From positions 1 through 63,893 of the forward strand of contig JANPEP010000008.1 in the NCBI GenBank assembly GCA_031422995.1: a stretch of 63,893 nucleotides of DNA, in the 5' to 3' direction. A program made the position numbers and the translations under genes. The DNA is from Polymorphobacter sp. Its GTDB lineage: Bacteria; Pseudomonadota; Alphaproteobacteria; Sphingomonadales; Sphingomonadaceae. The notes beneath the pieces were generated by a model. The model did no database searches. It was not told where the DNA came from and was given only the letters and a program-made list of their open reading frames with translations. Of the stretch, positions 38,949-48,733 are shown piece after piece (position 1 is the stretch's first letter; every line of letters starts with the position of its first letter).

Positions 38949-40064
38949 ATCGACCAGATCGCTGCACTGCCCTATCGCCAGGATGCCGATGGCTCGATGC
39001 GCCTGTTGCTCATCACCTCGCGAGACACAAAACGCTGGGTGCTGCCCAAGGGCAATCCCATCCGCGGTCTCGAACCCCATCTCGCCGCCGCCCGTGAAGC
39101 CTATGAGGAAGCCGGCATCACCGGCATCCCCTGCCCCAGTGCGCTAGGCTCCTACCGTTACGACAAACGCCGCGGCAACGGCTCGGTGCGCAGCCTCAGT
39201 GTCGATGTCTTCCCGCTGGCCTTTGTCGCCCAACTCGAAACCTGGCCCGAACAGGCCGAACGCGATGTCCGCTGGTTCACCCTCCCCGAAGCCGCCAACG
39301 CCGTCGACGAAGCCGATCTCGGTGCCATCATCGGCGCCTTCCAACACCCCACGCCCTCTCCCGGCATCGCCGAACGCCTGGCACTCGGTGCCCGGCGCCG
39401 GATCGAAGAAAGGATCCCGCAATTGCAATGGTTCCAGGCACTCATGCCCAAACAGGGCCGGTTCTTCGAACTGTTCGAAGCGCACGCCCTCACCCTCGTT
39501 GCTGGCGCCGATGCCCTGGCAAAGCTGCTCGAAGGCGGCACCACCATCGATCATTATTGCAAGCAGATCTTCGATCTTGAACAACAGGCCGATGATATCG
39601 CCCGCACCGTCCTTCAGGATGTGCGCCGCACCTTCGTTACCCCGTTCGATCGCTCGGCCATCACCGGCCTCATCAGCGCGATGGACGACGCCATCGACCA
39701 GATGAACGCCACCGCCAAATCGATCACCCTGTTCGAAGTCACCAAATTCGCGCCCCACATGCGCGACATGGCCGGCATCATCGTCGAAGCCGCACGGGTG
39801 CTGGCCGAAGCCATCCCGCTGCTGCGCTCGATCAACAGCAACAGCGCCCGCCTCCACGATCTCACCGCCCGCCTTATCAAAATCGAAGGCGATGCCGACG
39901 ACATCCACGACGCCGGCGTCAAGACGCTGTTCAAGGCCAATGGCGAAGCCACCGCCCTAGCCTTCGTCGTCGGCCGCGAAATCTACGGCCATCTCGAAAA
40001 GGTCGTCGACCGCTTCGAAGATGTCGCCAACGAAATCCAGGGCCTCGCGATCGACCACGCATAG
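38949..40064 (+). CDS. NUDIX hydrolase fused to DUF47 (PhoU-like) phosphate transport regulator; probable ATC start
   Basis: QIAALPYR, WVLPKG, AAAREAYEEAG nudix box; FVTPFDR, EGDADDIH DUF47; GGGGAG 8 nt before ATC 38949; first ATG is 38997. Confidence 0.88.
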   Translation: MDQIAALPYRQDADGSMRLLLITSRDTKRWVLPKGNPIRGLEPHLAAAREAYEEAGITGIPCPSALGSYRYDKRRGNGSVRSLSVDVFPLAFVAQLETWPEQAERDVRWFTLPEAANAVDEADLGAIIGAFQHPTPSPGIAERLALGARRRIEERIPQLQWFQALMPKQGRFFELFEAHALTLVAGADALAKLLEGGTTIDHYCKQIFDLEQQADDIARTVLQDVRRTFVTPFDRSAITGLISAMDDAIDQMNATAKSITLFEVTKFAPHMRDMAGIIVEAARVLAEAIPLLRSINSNSARLHDLTARLIKIEGDADDIHDAGVKTLFKANGEATALAFVVGREIYGHLEKVVDRFEDVANEIQGLAIDHA

Positions 40065-40073
40065 GGCCTGAAA

Positions 40074-41075
40074 ATGACCATGCTCAGCCTGCCGATGCTC
40101 TACGCCCTCATCGCGGTGGCGCTGGCGTTCGATTTCCTCAACGGCCTCCACGATGCGGCAAATTCCATAGCCACCGTCGTTTCCACCCGCGTCCTGCGCC
40201 CGCAACACGCCGTCGCCTGGGCGGCCTTCTTCAACTTCATCGCCTTCCTGTTCTTCGGGCTCCACGTCGCCGAAACCGTGGGCAAGGGTATCGTCGACGC
40301 CAACATCGTCGATCCACAAGTCGTCTTCGGCGCGCTCGTCGGCGCCATCACCTGGAACGTCATCACCTGGCTGCTCGGCATCCCGTCCAGCAGCAGCCAT
40401 GCCCTCATCGGCGGCCTCATCGGCGCCGGCTTTGCCAAGGGCGGCAGCGCCGCCATCGTCTGGGCCGGCGTCATGAAAACCGCCTCGGCCATCTTCCTGT
40501 CCCCGGCCATCGGCCTCATGCTGGCCATGCTGCTCGTCCTCCTCGTCTCATGGCTCTGCCTGCGCCTGACCCCGCAAGCCGCCGACAGCCGCTTTCGCCG
40601 CCTGCAACTCGTCTCCGCCTCGCTCTATTCGCTCGGCCATGGCGGCAATGATGCGCAAAAAACCATGGGCATCATCGCCGTGCTGCTCTATTCCCAGGGT
40701 CAGCTTCAGGGCAATTTCCACGTGCCCTTCTGGGTCGTCATTTCCTGCCAGGCTGCAATGGCACTCGGTACCCTGCTTGGCGGCTGGCGCATCGTCCACA
40801 CAATGGGCTCAAAGATTACCCGCCTCACCCCGATGCAGGGTTTCTGCGCCGAAACCGGCGGCGCCATCACCCTCTTTGCCGCTACCTGGCTCGGCGTGCC
40901 GGTCTCCACCACCCACACCATCACCGGCGCCATCGTCGGCGTCGGCGCCTCGCGGCGACTTTCGGCGGTGCGCTGGAGCGTCGCCAGCAGCATCGTCATC
41001 GCCTGGGTGCTCACCCTGCCCGCCGCCGCCCTCATCGCCGCCCTGGTCTACAAACTCACCGCCGCGATCGGCTGA
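40074..41075 (+). CDS. pit: Inorganic phosphate transporter (PiT family)
   Basis: NGLHDAANSIAT, PSSSSHA, HGGNDAQKTMG, PVSTTH. Confidence 0.95.
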   Translation: MTMLSLPMLYALIAVALAFDFLNGLHDAANSIATVVSTRVLRPQHAVAWAAFFNFIAFLFFGLHVAETVGKGIVDANIVDPQVVFGALVGAITWNVITWLLGIPSSSSHALIGGLIGAGFAKGGSAAIVWAGVMKTASAIFLSPAIGLMLAMLLVLLVSWLCLRLTPQAADSRFRRLQLVSASLYSLGHGGNDAQKTMGIIAVLLYSQGQLQGNFHVPFWVVISCQAAMALGTLLGGWRIVHTMGSKITRLTPMQGFCAETGGAITLFAATWLGVPVSTTHTITGAIVGVGASRRLSAVRWSVASSIVIAWVLTLPAAALIAALVYKLTAAIG

Positions 41076-41236
41076 CCAACGCAATCAGCGCTTTACGCCA
41101 CCGCACATCCTTGCAAAACTGGTGTTTCTGCAGTCTTGATTGCACAATAATCAACACCGGGGGGTGGCATGGCCAAATCGACCAGATCGAAACCGCCATC
41201 GGCCCGGCCAGTGTCCACTGGCAGGCCCAGCGGCGC

Positions 41237-42823
41237 ATGAAGCGCGAGGCCGCCCCGCAATCCTGGCTCCCGATGGTCGTCATCGCGCTTGGCCAATTCC
41301 TGATGTCCTTCAACATCGCTGCGCTCTCTATGTCGATCGGGCCGATGGTCGAAACCTTCAAGACAGCCCCCACCACCATCGGCACAGCCATCGTTGTCTA
41401 CTCCCTCGCCGTCGCCGCCTTCATCATGCTCGGTGCCCGCCTCGGGCAGATGTTCGGCTCGTTGCTGGTGTTCCGCATCGCTGTCATCATCATCGGCATC
41501 GCCATGGCGCTTGTGGCGCTTGCCCCGTCGATTGCCGTCGTCATCGCGGCCCAGGGCCTTGCCGGCTTTGCCGCCGCCGCGCTCGTCCCCACCCTCGTCG
41601 TGCTCATCACCACCAATTACCAAGGCGCCCAACAGGCCCGCGCCCTTGGCCTGCTCGGCTCCGCCGGCGCCGCCGCTGCCGTCCTTGGCTTCCTTGTCGG
41701 CGGCACCCTCGGCACGCTCGCCAGCTGGCGTTATGCCTTCGCCCTGCTGGTCCCCATCGCCCTCATCGCACTGGCACTCAGCCGCCGGGTCACGCCGGTC
41801 GACGCCCGGCCCGGCGTCACCATCGATGGCGTTGGCGTCGTCCTTGCTGCTGCCGCCATCATCATGCTCAGCTTCGGTTTTGATAATCTCACCCGCTGGG
41901 GCGTGCTTCTCGCCGGCCCCGGCGCGCCGTTCGATCTGCTCGGCATCTCCCCGGCACCCGCCATGATTCTCGCCGGCATCCTGCTCGGCCAGGCGTTTTT
42001 CGCCTGGGCCCGCAAACGCACATTGGCGGGCAAATCACCGCTGCTCGCACTCGAAGTCATCGAATCGCCCGGCGAACGTGCCGCCGTCTTCACCCTGTTC
42101 ATCGTCGTCATCATCGAAGCCTGTGTCAGCTTCCTTGTCCCGCTCTACATCATGATCGTCCAGGGCCAGAGCAGCCTGCAAACCGGCTTCGCCATCATGC
42201 CCTTCAACCTCTCGGTGTTCTTTGCCGCCATGTTCGTCGTCCGGCTCTACGATCGCCTGCCACCGCGCACCATCGCCCGCCTGGCGCTGCTGCTCATCGC
42301 CGCCGGCATGGCCTGGCTGGCGCTCGTGATGCGCAATGATTGGACCAGCATGCCGGTCATCATCGGCCTCGTCACCATCGGCGCTGCCCAGGGCGCCCTG
42401 ATGACCCTGTTGTTCAACGTGCTCGTCACTGCCGCACCGCGCCAATTCGCCGGCGATGTCGGCTCGGTGCGCGGCACCGCCATCAATCTCGCCTTCTCCG
42501 TCGGCACGGCCGTCTCGGGTGCGCTTGCCGTCGGCCTGCTCACCGCCATCGTCATGGCCAATCTTTCGGGCAACCCGCTCATCCCCGCCAACCTTGTTGC
42601 CGAAGTCGGTCTCAACACCGTCAACTTCGTCAGCAACGACCATCTGCGCGATCTGCTCGCCGAAACCAGCGCCACCCCCGATCAACTCGCCCAGGCCATC
42701 CTCATCAACACCGAAGCCCGCCTGCGTGCCCTCAAAATCGCCTTCCTGCTGCTCGCCGGCCTCACCCTTCTCGCCATCATCCCCACCGGAAAACTCGCCG
42801 GCAGCACGCCGCACAAACGCTAG
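41237..42823 (+). CDS. MFS transporter (DHA2-like)
   Basis: Many TM segments, GARLGQMFG motif-A-like, SWRYAF. Confidence 0.87.
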   Translation: MKREAAPQSWLPMVVIALGQFLMSFNIAALSMSIGPMVETFKTAPTTIGTAIVVYSLAVAAFIMLGARLGQMFGSLLVFRIAVIIIGIAMALVALAPSIAVVIAAQGLAGFAAAALVPTLVVLITTNYQGAQQARALGLLGSAGAAAAVLGFLVGGTLGTLASWRYAFALLVPIALIALALSRRVTPVDARPGVTIDGVGVVLAAAAIIMLSFGFDNLTRWGVLLAGPGAPFDLLGISPAPAMILAGILLGQAFFAWARKRTLAGKSPLLALEVIESPGERAAVFTLFIVVIIEACVSFLVPLYIMIVQGQSSLQTGFAIMPFNLSVFFAAMFVVRLYDRLPPRTIARLALLLIAAGMAWLALVMRNDWTSMPVIIGLVTIGAAQGALMTLLFNVLVTAAPRQFAGDVGSVRGTAINLAFSVGTAVSGALAVGLLTAIVMANLSGNPLIPANLVAEVGLNTVNFVSNDHLRDLLAETSATPDQLAQAILINTEARLRALKIAFLLLAGLTLLAIIPTGKLAGSTPHKR

Positions 42824-42886
42824 CACCACTTGCACCCACCGCCACTTCAGGCAAAAATCACATCACCACGACTGGAAGGCAAACCC

Positions 42887-43642
42887 ATGAACTGGAAAAC
42901 CCAGGCTGCCCTGGCCACCATCCTCGCGCTGCTCGGCTTCACCATCCTGTTCAATCCGGTCAACACCGTCACCGCCGCCGGCAGCATCGTGCCCTGGCTG
43001 CTGTTCGCCGGCGCCACCATTCAATTCCTGTCGGTTTTCTTTCGCAGCCGCCGCACCTTCCGGCTGGTCCTCGTCCCCAGCCTCATCGGTGCGTTGCTGC
43101 TCTATGCGGGCGCTTCGATGAAGTTCGGTGATCCTGCCACCGTCGGCCCCATCTCGCTGGCCTTCGTCCTCGCCCTCGTGCTGCTCGGCTCGGCGGCGGC
43201 CAAGGGCTTTCTCGCCTATGGGCTGCAACGCTCGAAATACCTGCTCTACATCCTCGCTTCCGCCGTGCTCTCGGCACTCCTCGGCCTCATTGTGTTCTTC
43301 AGCTGGTCCACCGTCTCCGCCGGCCTGATCGGCGTGTTCATCGGCCTTGAACTCATTGCCGATGCCGTTGTCATGGGCAGCCTGGCGCTGCGCGAACGCG
43401 ATGGGGAGGAAGCCATGGAAAGCCTCGGCCTCGATCCCGCCACCGAAGCGGCCAAGAAAGCCGCCGCTGCCGAAGCCGCAGTCGCCGCCGCGGCAAAATC
43501 AGCCGCCGCCGCTGCCGCGCGCGCCACCGCGCCGCCAACGCCGGCCGCCGATGCCGCCGCTATCGACGTCCTGCAACAGGCGCAAATCCCTGATGCTGCT
43601 CCCGTCACCCCGGTCAAACCCCCGGCAGACCCCGCCAACTGA
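42887..43642 (+). CDS. HdeD/DUF308-like membrane protein with Ala/Pro-rich tail
   Basis: About six hydrophobic segments, GVFIGLELI; GGAAGG SD. Confidence 0.7.
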   Translation: MNWKTQAALATILALLGFTILFNPVNTVTAAGSIVPWLLFAGATIQFLSVFFRSRRTFRLVLVPSLIGALLLYAGASMKFGDPATVGPISLAFVLALVLLGSAAAKGFLAYGLQRSKYLLYILASAVLSALLGLIVFFSWSTVSAGLIGVFIGLELIADAVVMGSLALRERDGEEAMESLGLDPATEAAKKAAAAEAAVAAAAKSAAAAAARATAPPTPAADAAAIDVLQQAQIPDAAPVTPVKPPADPAN

Positions 43643-43672
43643 CTGGCACCATACCGCCGAACACCCCCCGCA

Positions 43673-44614
43673 CTACCCCTGAACCACGCACCGAAACCCG
43701 ATGTGACACGTCGAAGTGTCAATCGATTCGGCGTGCCGCGCCGCCGGGCGATAGCGTTTGCAATAACTCGGCGCACATAAAAAACTGCCGCCTTTCAACA
43801 CCTTTTGCGGAATAGGCGCAGCCAAAGTCGAAGCCGGATCCAGCGTCCCTGCCACCGGCCCGCGCGGATTCTTCGGCACGCAACACGCCTTGCCCGCATC
43901 CGCTTCAAATCCCACCTGAAACCAATCCTGCGTCCACTCCCAGGTGTTGCCGATCATGTCGTACAAGCCATAACCATTGGCCGGAAAAGACCCCACCGGC
44001 GCGGTTCCCTCCCACCCATCTTCCTTGTTGTTTTCAAACGGGAATTTCCCCTGCCAGGTGTTCGCCATATGCTTGCCCCCCGGCCGGAACACCGCCCCCC
44101 AGGCATAGGTCGCCCCCTCCAGCCCGCCCCGCGCCGCAAATTCAAATTCCGCCTCCGTCGGCAAATCCTTGCCCGCCCACACCGCAAACGCCAGCGCATC
44201 GGCATAGGCCACATGCACCACCGGATGGTCATCCATCCCGGCTATCGAGGACTCCGGACCCTGCGGATGCCGCCAATCCGCGCCCCGCCGCAAATCCCAC
44301 CACTGCGACCAATCCCTGGTGTCCACCGGCCCGCGGGTTTTCCTGAACACCAGGCTCCCGGCATACAGCATATCGGGCAAGGCACCGGGATAATCCGCCG
44401 CCAAAGGCACCATCTCCGCCACCGTCACATGGCCGGTCGCGCTGACGAATTCGGCAAATTGCGCATTGGTCACGGCTCGTGCGTCAATCCAGAAATCATC
44501 CACCTCAACCAGATGCGCCGGCGCCTCCTCGGCATATCCGTCATCGGCACCCATCCGGAACCGCCCGCCAGGCACCCGCACCATGCCTCGGTGTATCACT
44601 GTCGCATCCGCCAT
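43673..44614 (-). CDS. Formylglycine-generating enzyme (SUMF1) family protein
   Basis: FRMG, HPVVHV, LPTEAEFEFAARGG, DMIGNTWEW, KGGSFLCAPSYCKRYR, GFR. Confidence 0.92.
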   Translation of the reverse strand: MADATVIHRGMVRVPGGRFRMGADDGYAEEAPAHLVEVDDFWIDARAVTNAQFAEFVSATGHVTVAEMVPLAADYPGALPDMLYAGSLVFRKTRGPVDTRDWSQWWDLRRGADWRHPQGPESSIAGMDDHPVVHVAYADALAFAVWAGKDLPTEAEFEFAARGGLEGATYAWGAVFRPGGKHMANTWQGKFPFENNKEDGWEGTAPVGSFPANGYGLYDMIGNTWEWTQDWFQVGFEADAGKACCVPKNPRGPVAGTLDPASTLAAPIPQKVLKGGSFLCAPSYCKRYRPAARHAESIDTSTCHIGFRCVVQG

Positions 44615-44685
44615 CCCCGGTCCCTCGATTTCGCGCCAATTCTAATCGCTTGCGGCTGCGCGAACGTCCATTTCAGGTCAATCGC

Positions 44686-46473
44686 TCAACCGGTGAATTC
44701 CTTTGCCTGCCAGTTCTCGCAAAACAGCTCCAGTGCCTGCACCTTCATCGGCACGGCAACCTTGTATCCCTGCACCGAATCACACCCCGCCAACCGCGTC
44801 GCCTCCAATTGCGCCTCGTCCTCCACGCCTTCGGCCACCACCGTCAGCCCCAATTGCTTGGACAATCGCACCACGGTCTCCACCACCACCCGCTCACGCG
44901 GCGCGCCCGTTAGGCCCAGGGTGAAACTCCGGTCCAGCTTGATCGAATCAATCGGCAGTCGCGCCATCCACGCCAGCGACGAATATCCCGTGCCAAAATC
45001 ATCCAGCGCGATCTTCACCCCGCTGGCCCGCAGCCCCGACAACAGATGCACCGCGCCGCGCATATCCTCGATCAACGCGCCTTCGGTCACCTCCAGCGTC
45101 AACCGGTGCCGCGCCAACCCCGAATCAAGCAACGCTGCCTCCAGTGCCGCGACAAAGCCGGGGTCTGCCAGGTCCGCCGGCGTCACATTTAGACTCAACT
45201 TCAACCGCGCCAACGCCCCGGTCCATTGCGCCGCGTTCATCATCGCCCGCGCCCGGATATGCCGGCCCAGCTTGATCGCCATCTCCGCCGATGCCGCGGT
45301 TTCCAGCAACGTCTCCGCCGGCAACAGCCCCAACTCGGGATGCTCCCACCGCACAAGCGCCTCAACCGCCACAATCCGCCCGGTGACCAGCGACAGCTGC
45401 GGCTGAAAAACCAGCGATATGTCCCCATTTTCAATGGCATCATGCAAGTCGGATTCCAGGTCCGCCATCCGCGTCAACGGGTCGCCGCCGGGCTCGGCCT
45501 GGAACACTTCCACCGTGCCCGCATCGCCCGCCCGCGCCGATGCCAGCGCCGAACTCGCCCGGCGAATCAACGCCGCCGCATCATCCTCGGGCTCTCCCGG
45601 CGCCTCATCATTGCTCGCGGCAATCCCCACCCGGCCTGACAAGTGGATGACATGGTCGTCCACCACGAACGGCCGCTCGAACGCCTGCCCCAATCCATGC
45701 GCCAGCCGCGTCGCATCGCCCAGCATCACTGGCCCGGCCATCGCGACGCCAAACTCCGCCGCCGCCAGCCGCGACAACAGCCGCGCCTCTGCCAGGGAGC
45801 TTCCCGGGCTGCGGGCATCGACAATCTGGCTCAACCGTATCGCCACCGCGCTCAACACCCGGTCCGCCACCGCCCGGCCATACGCCGCGTTGATCTGCGC
45901 AAACCGCCCCACCCCAACTGCCAGCACAAACACCGGCTGCGGCCGTTCCGGCACCGCCAGCAACATGGTGATCCACTGCTGCAACTGGTCACCCGTCGCC
46001 AGCCCGGTCAGCGAATCATGCCGGCCGCGTTCGCTCCCGGCCTCGCCGTCGCCATTCTCCAGCAATGCCGCCGCCGCATCGGCCAGCCGCCGCGCGTGCC
46101 GCGCCGTCAATCGCAACGCATTGCCAAATGCCGCGCTGCCGAACGGACTGACCAGCACGCCCGTCGCCCCGGCATCATGCGCCGCGCCGGTCGCCGCCGA
46201 ATCCGAACGCGACAACAGCACCAGCATCGCCCCGCGGCGCAATTCCACGGCCTTGCCCAAGGATCGCGCCACCACCAGCCCCTGCGCCAGCGCGCCGCGC
46301 GCATCCACCACCACCAGCCGCGCCGGCTCCGCCTCAAACCGCTCATCGGCCTTTTCGGAACGCCGCTCGATGCGCGGCACCATGCCCGTCACCGCAACCG
46401 CCGCCGCCACTTCATCGGCATAGCGCGGCGACACGATCAACACCGGTTCCGCCGCAATCGAGGCCATTGTCAT
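44686..46473 (-). CDS. Receiver-like + degenerate GGDEF + EAL protein (probable c-di-GMP phosphodiesterase)
   Basis: HDSLTGL, AAAEF in place of GGDEF, EAL, DDFGTGYSS, EGVE, QGY. Confidence 0.88.
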   Translation of the reverse strand: MTMASIAAEPVLIVSPRYADEVAAAVAVTGMVPRIERRSEKADERFEAEPARLVVVDARGALAQGLVVARSLGKAVELRRGAMLVLLSRSDSAATGAAHDAGATGVLVSPFGSAAFGNALRLTARHARRLADAAAALLENGDGEAGSERGRHDSLTGLATGDQLQQWITMLLAVPERPQPVFVLAVGVGRFAQINAAYGRAVADRVLSAVAIRLSQIVDARSPGSSLAEARLLSRLAAAEFGVAMAGPVMLGDATRLAHGLGQAFERPFVVDDHVIHLSGRVGIAASNDEAPGEPEDDAAALIRRASSALASARAGDAGTVEVFQAEPGGDPLTRMADLESDLHDAIENGDISLVFQPQLSLVTGRIVAVEALVRWEHPELGLLPAETLLETAASAEMAIKLGRHIRARAMMNAAQWTGALARLKLSLNVTPADLADPGFVAALEAALLDSGLARHRLTLEVTEGALIEDMRGAVHLLSGLRASGVKIALDDFGTGYSSLAWMARLPIDSIKLDRSFTLGLTGAPRERVVVETVVRLSKQLGLTVVAEGVEDEAQLEATRLAGCDSVQGYKVAVPMKVQALELFCENWQAKEFTG

Positions 46474-46668
46474 CCCTTTGTGGCCGTTGGCACCGTCTCT
46501 CAACACGTCTTACCAATTCCTGGGACCAATTCTTAAGCATCGTAAACCGTCTGCGCCAGTGACTTCGCCACCAATATGCGCCCAAACGCGCCCAATCCGG
46601 CGCAATCCCCGCCTCTCACCTCTGCGGGCTGGACTTCACCGGCCCGCATCGCCACCTTGCACGGCACA

Positions 46669-47706
46669 ATGCATCTCGCCCCCCTCCTTGATCGCCCTGC
46701 GGCGCCGGCATCGCCGCTCGTCGATCCTTTCGGCCGCGCCATCTCCTATCTGCGCGTCTCGGTCACCGATCGCTGCGATTTCCGCTGCGTCTATTGCATG
46801 CCCGAAAACATGGTCTTCCTGCCCAAGGCCGAAGTGCTCAGCCTCGAAGAAATTGATCGTCTCGCCACTGCCTTCATCCATCGCGGCACCCGCAAGCTCC
46901 GCCTCACCGGTGGCGAGCCGCTGGTCCGCCGCGGCATCATCGATCTCGTCACCTCGCTCGGCCGCCACCTCAAATCCGGCGCCCTCGATGAACTCACCCT
47001 CACCAGCAACGGCTCGCAACTGGCGCGCTTCGCTGCCGATCTGCACGCCGCCGGCGTCCGCCGCGTCAACGTCAGCCTCGATACGCTCGACCCGGCAAAG
47101 TTCACCGAGATCACCCGCTGGGGGCGCCTGCCACAAGTGCTCGAAGGCATCGCCGCCGCCAGCGCCGCCGGCCTCCACATCAAACTCAACATGGTGGCGC
47201 TCGCCGGCGTCAACGATGCCGAAGTCGAAGCCATGCTGGCCTTCGCGGCGCACGGCGGCCATGATCTGGTGCTCATCGAAACCATGCCGCTTGGCGAAAT
47301 CGGCGTCGATCGCGTCGATCACTATTTGCCGCTCTCCCGTGTCCGCGCCGATCTCGCAACCCGCTGGACCCTGCACGATCTGCCCGACAATACCGGCGGC
47401 CCCGCCCGCTATGTCCGCATCGGCGAAACCGGCCAACGCCTCGGCTTCATCACCCCCCTCACCCATAATTTCTGCGAAAGCTGCAATCGCGTCCGCCTCA
47501 CCGCCACTGGCCAGCTCTACATGTGCCTCGGCCAGGATGATGTCGCCGATCTGCGCTCGGTCATCCGTTCGTCCCCAGACGACGTCGCGCTCCATGCCGC
47601 CCTCGATGAAGCCATCAGCCGCAAACCCAAGGGCCATGATTTTGTCATCGATCGGCGCGCCGCCGCTCCCGCCGTGCGTCGCCACATGAGCGTCACCGGT
47701 GGATAA
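46669..47706 (+). CDS. moaA: GTP 3',8-cyclase
   Basis: CDFRCVYC radical SAM motif, CESCNR, C-terminal MSVTGG. Confidence 0.96.
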   Translation: MHLAPLLDRPAAPASPLVDPFGRAISYLRVSVTDRCDFRCVYCMPENMVFLPKAEVLSLEEIDRLATAFIHRGTRKLRLTGGEPLVRRGIIDLVTSLGRHLKSGALDELTLTSNGSQLARFAADLHAAGVRRVNVSLDTLDPAKFTEITRWGRLPQVLEGIAAASAAGLHIKLNMVALAGVNDAEVEAMLAFAAHGGHDLVLIETMPLGEIGVDRVDHYLPLSRVRADLATRWTLHDLPDNTGGPARYVRIGETGQRLGFITPLTHNFCESCNRVRLTATGQLYMCLGQDDVADLRSVIRSSPDDVALHAALDEAISRKPKGHDFVIDRRAAAPAVRRHMSVTGG

Positions 47707-48487
47707 TTCACCCGCGCCTGATCCCAAACTCGCGCTCCTCGTCTCCGACACCGAAGCCGCAGAAGCTGGCGGAGAGGCTCTTCGCGCGCGCTACAACTTC
47801 GTCCCGGTCCGCGATGCCGATATCGTCGTCGCCCTCGGCGGTGATGGCTTCCTGCTCCACACCCTCCACGAAGCTCTGTCGGCCAGCGACCCGAAACCGA
47901 TGTTCGGCATGAACCTCGGCACCGTCGGCTTCATGATGAACGAATTCATCGAAGACGATCTGCTCGCCCGCATCACCGCTGCCCGGGCCTTCACCCTCCA
48001 CCCGCTGCTGATGACCGCCGAAACCGTCCGCGGCGAAATCATCACCTCACCGGCCATCAACGAAGTCTCGCTGCTGCGCGAAACCCGCCAGACGGCCAAG
48101 ATCGAAATCGCCATCGATGGCCAGGTTCGCATGGAGGAACTCATCTGCGACGGCGTCCTCGTCGCCACCCCCGCCGGCTCCACCGCCTACAACCTCTCCG
48201 CCAACGGCCCCATATTGCCCCTGCAATCGGACCTGCTCGCCCTCACGCCCATCAGCCCGTTTCGCCCCCGGCGCTGGCGCGGCGCCCTCCTGCCCCAGGC
48301 CAGCGTCATCGAATTCCGCGTCCGCGAGGCCAGCAAGCGCCCCGTGTCTGCCGTCGCCGATCAACGCGAAGTTCGCGATGTCGCCTGCGTCCGTGTCGTC
48401 ACCGACAAATCGATCCGCCTGCAGCTGCTCTTCGACCCAGGCTATGCGCTGGATGATCGCATCGTCCTCGAACAATTCGCGAGTTGA
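47699..48487 (+). CDS. nadK: NAD kinase
   Basis: [18 protein letters not shown]. Confidence 0.93.
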   Translation: MDNSPAPDPKLALLVSDTEAAEAGGEALRARYNFVPVRDADIVVALGGDGFLLHTLHEALSASDPKPMFGMNLGTVGFMMNEFIEDDLLARITAARAFTLHPLLMTAETVRGEIITSPAINEVSLLRETRQTAKIEIAIDGQVRMEELICDGVLVATPAGSTAYNLSANGPILPLQSDLLALTPISPFRPRRWRGALLPQASVIEFRVREASKRPVSAVADQREVRDVACVRVVTDKSIRLQLLFDPGYALDDRIVLEQFAS

Positions 48488-48508
48488 TGGCCGGCGGCGC
48501 ATAACCAC

Positions 48509-48537
48509 TTGCCCCTCGCCAATCCCCCCGCTATAGC
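48509..48537 (+). promoter_or_regulatory. Putative sigma70 promoter for tRNA-Asn
   Basis: TTGCCC-N17-TATAGC upstream of the tRNA. Confidence 0.5.
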
Positions 48538-48554
48538 CCCCCACCTTGCCCTGT

Positions 48555-48629
48555 TCCGCGGTAGCTCAGTGGTAGAGCAGACGACTGTTAATCGTCTGGT
48601 CGTAGGTTCGAATCCTACCCGCGGAGCCA
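48555..48629 (+). tRNA. tRNA-Asn (GTT)
   Basis: Cloverleaf TCCGCGG/CCGCGGA, anticodon loop CTGTTAA, GGTTCGAATCC, encoded CCA. Confidence 0.97.
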
Positions 48630-48733
48630 TTCCCTCACCAATCGCCAGCGCATTGGTCGGCCCGGCAAAACCATTCACCCCTGCGACAGCGATACGCTTG
48701 TAAAGACTTCGGCAACCACAAAGGGTCGCCGCC

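Noticed and set aside
48555-48733. tRNA-Asn as an island integration site
   Set aside because: No integrase and no duplicated tRNA 3' end found in the window
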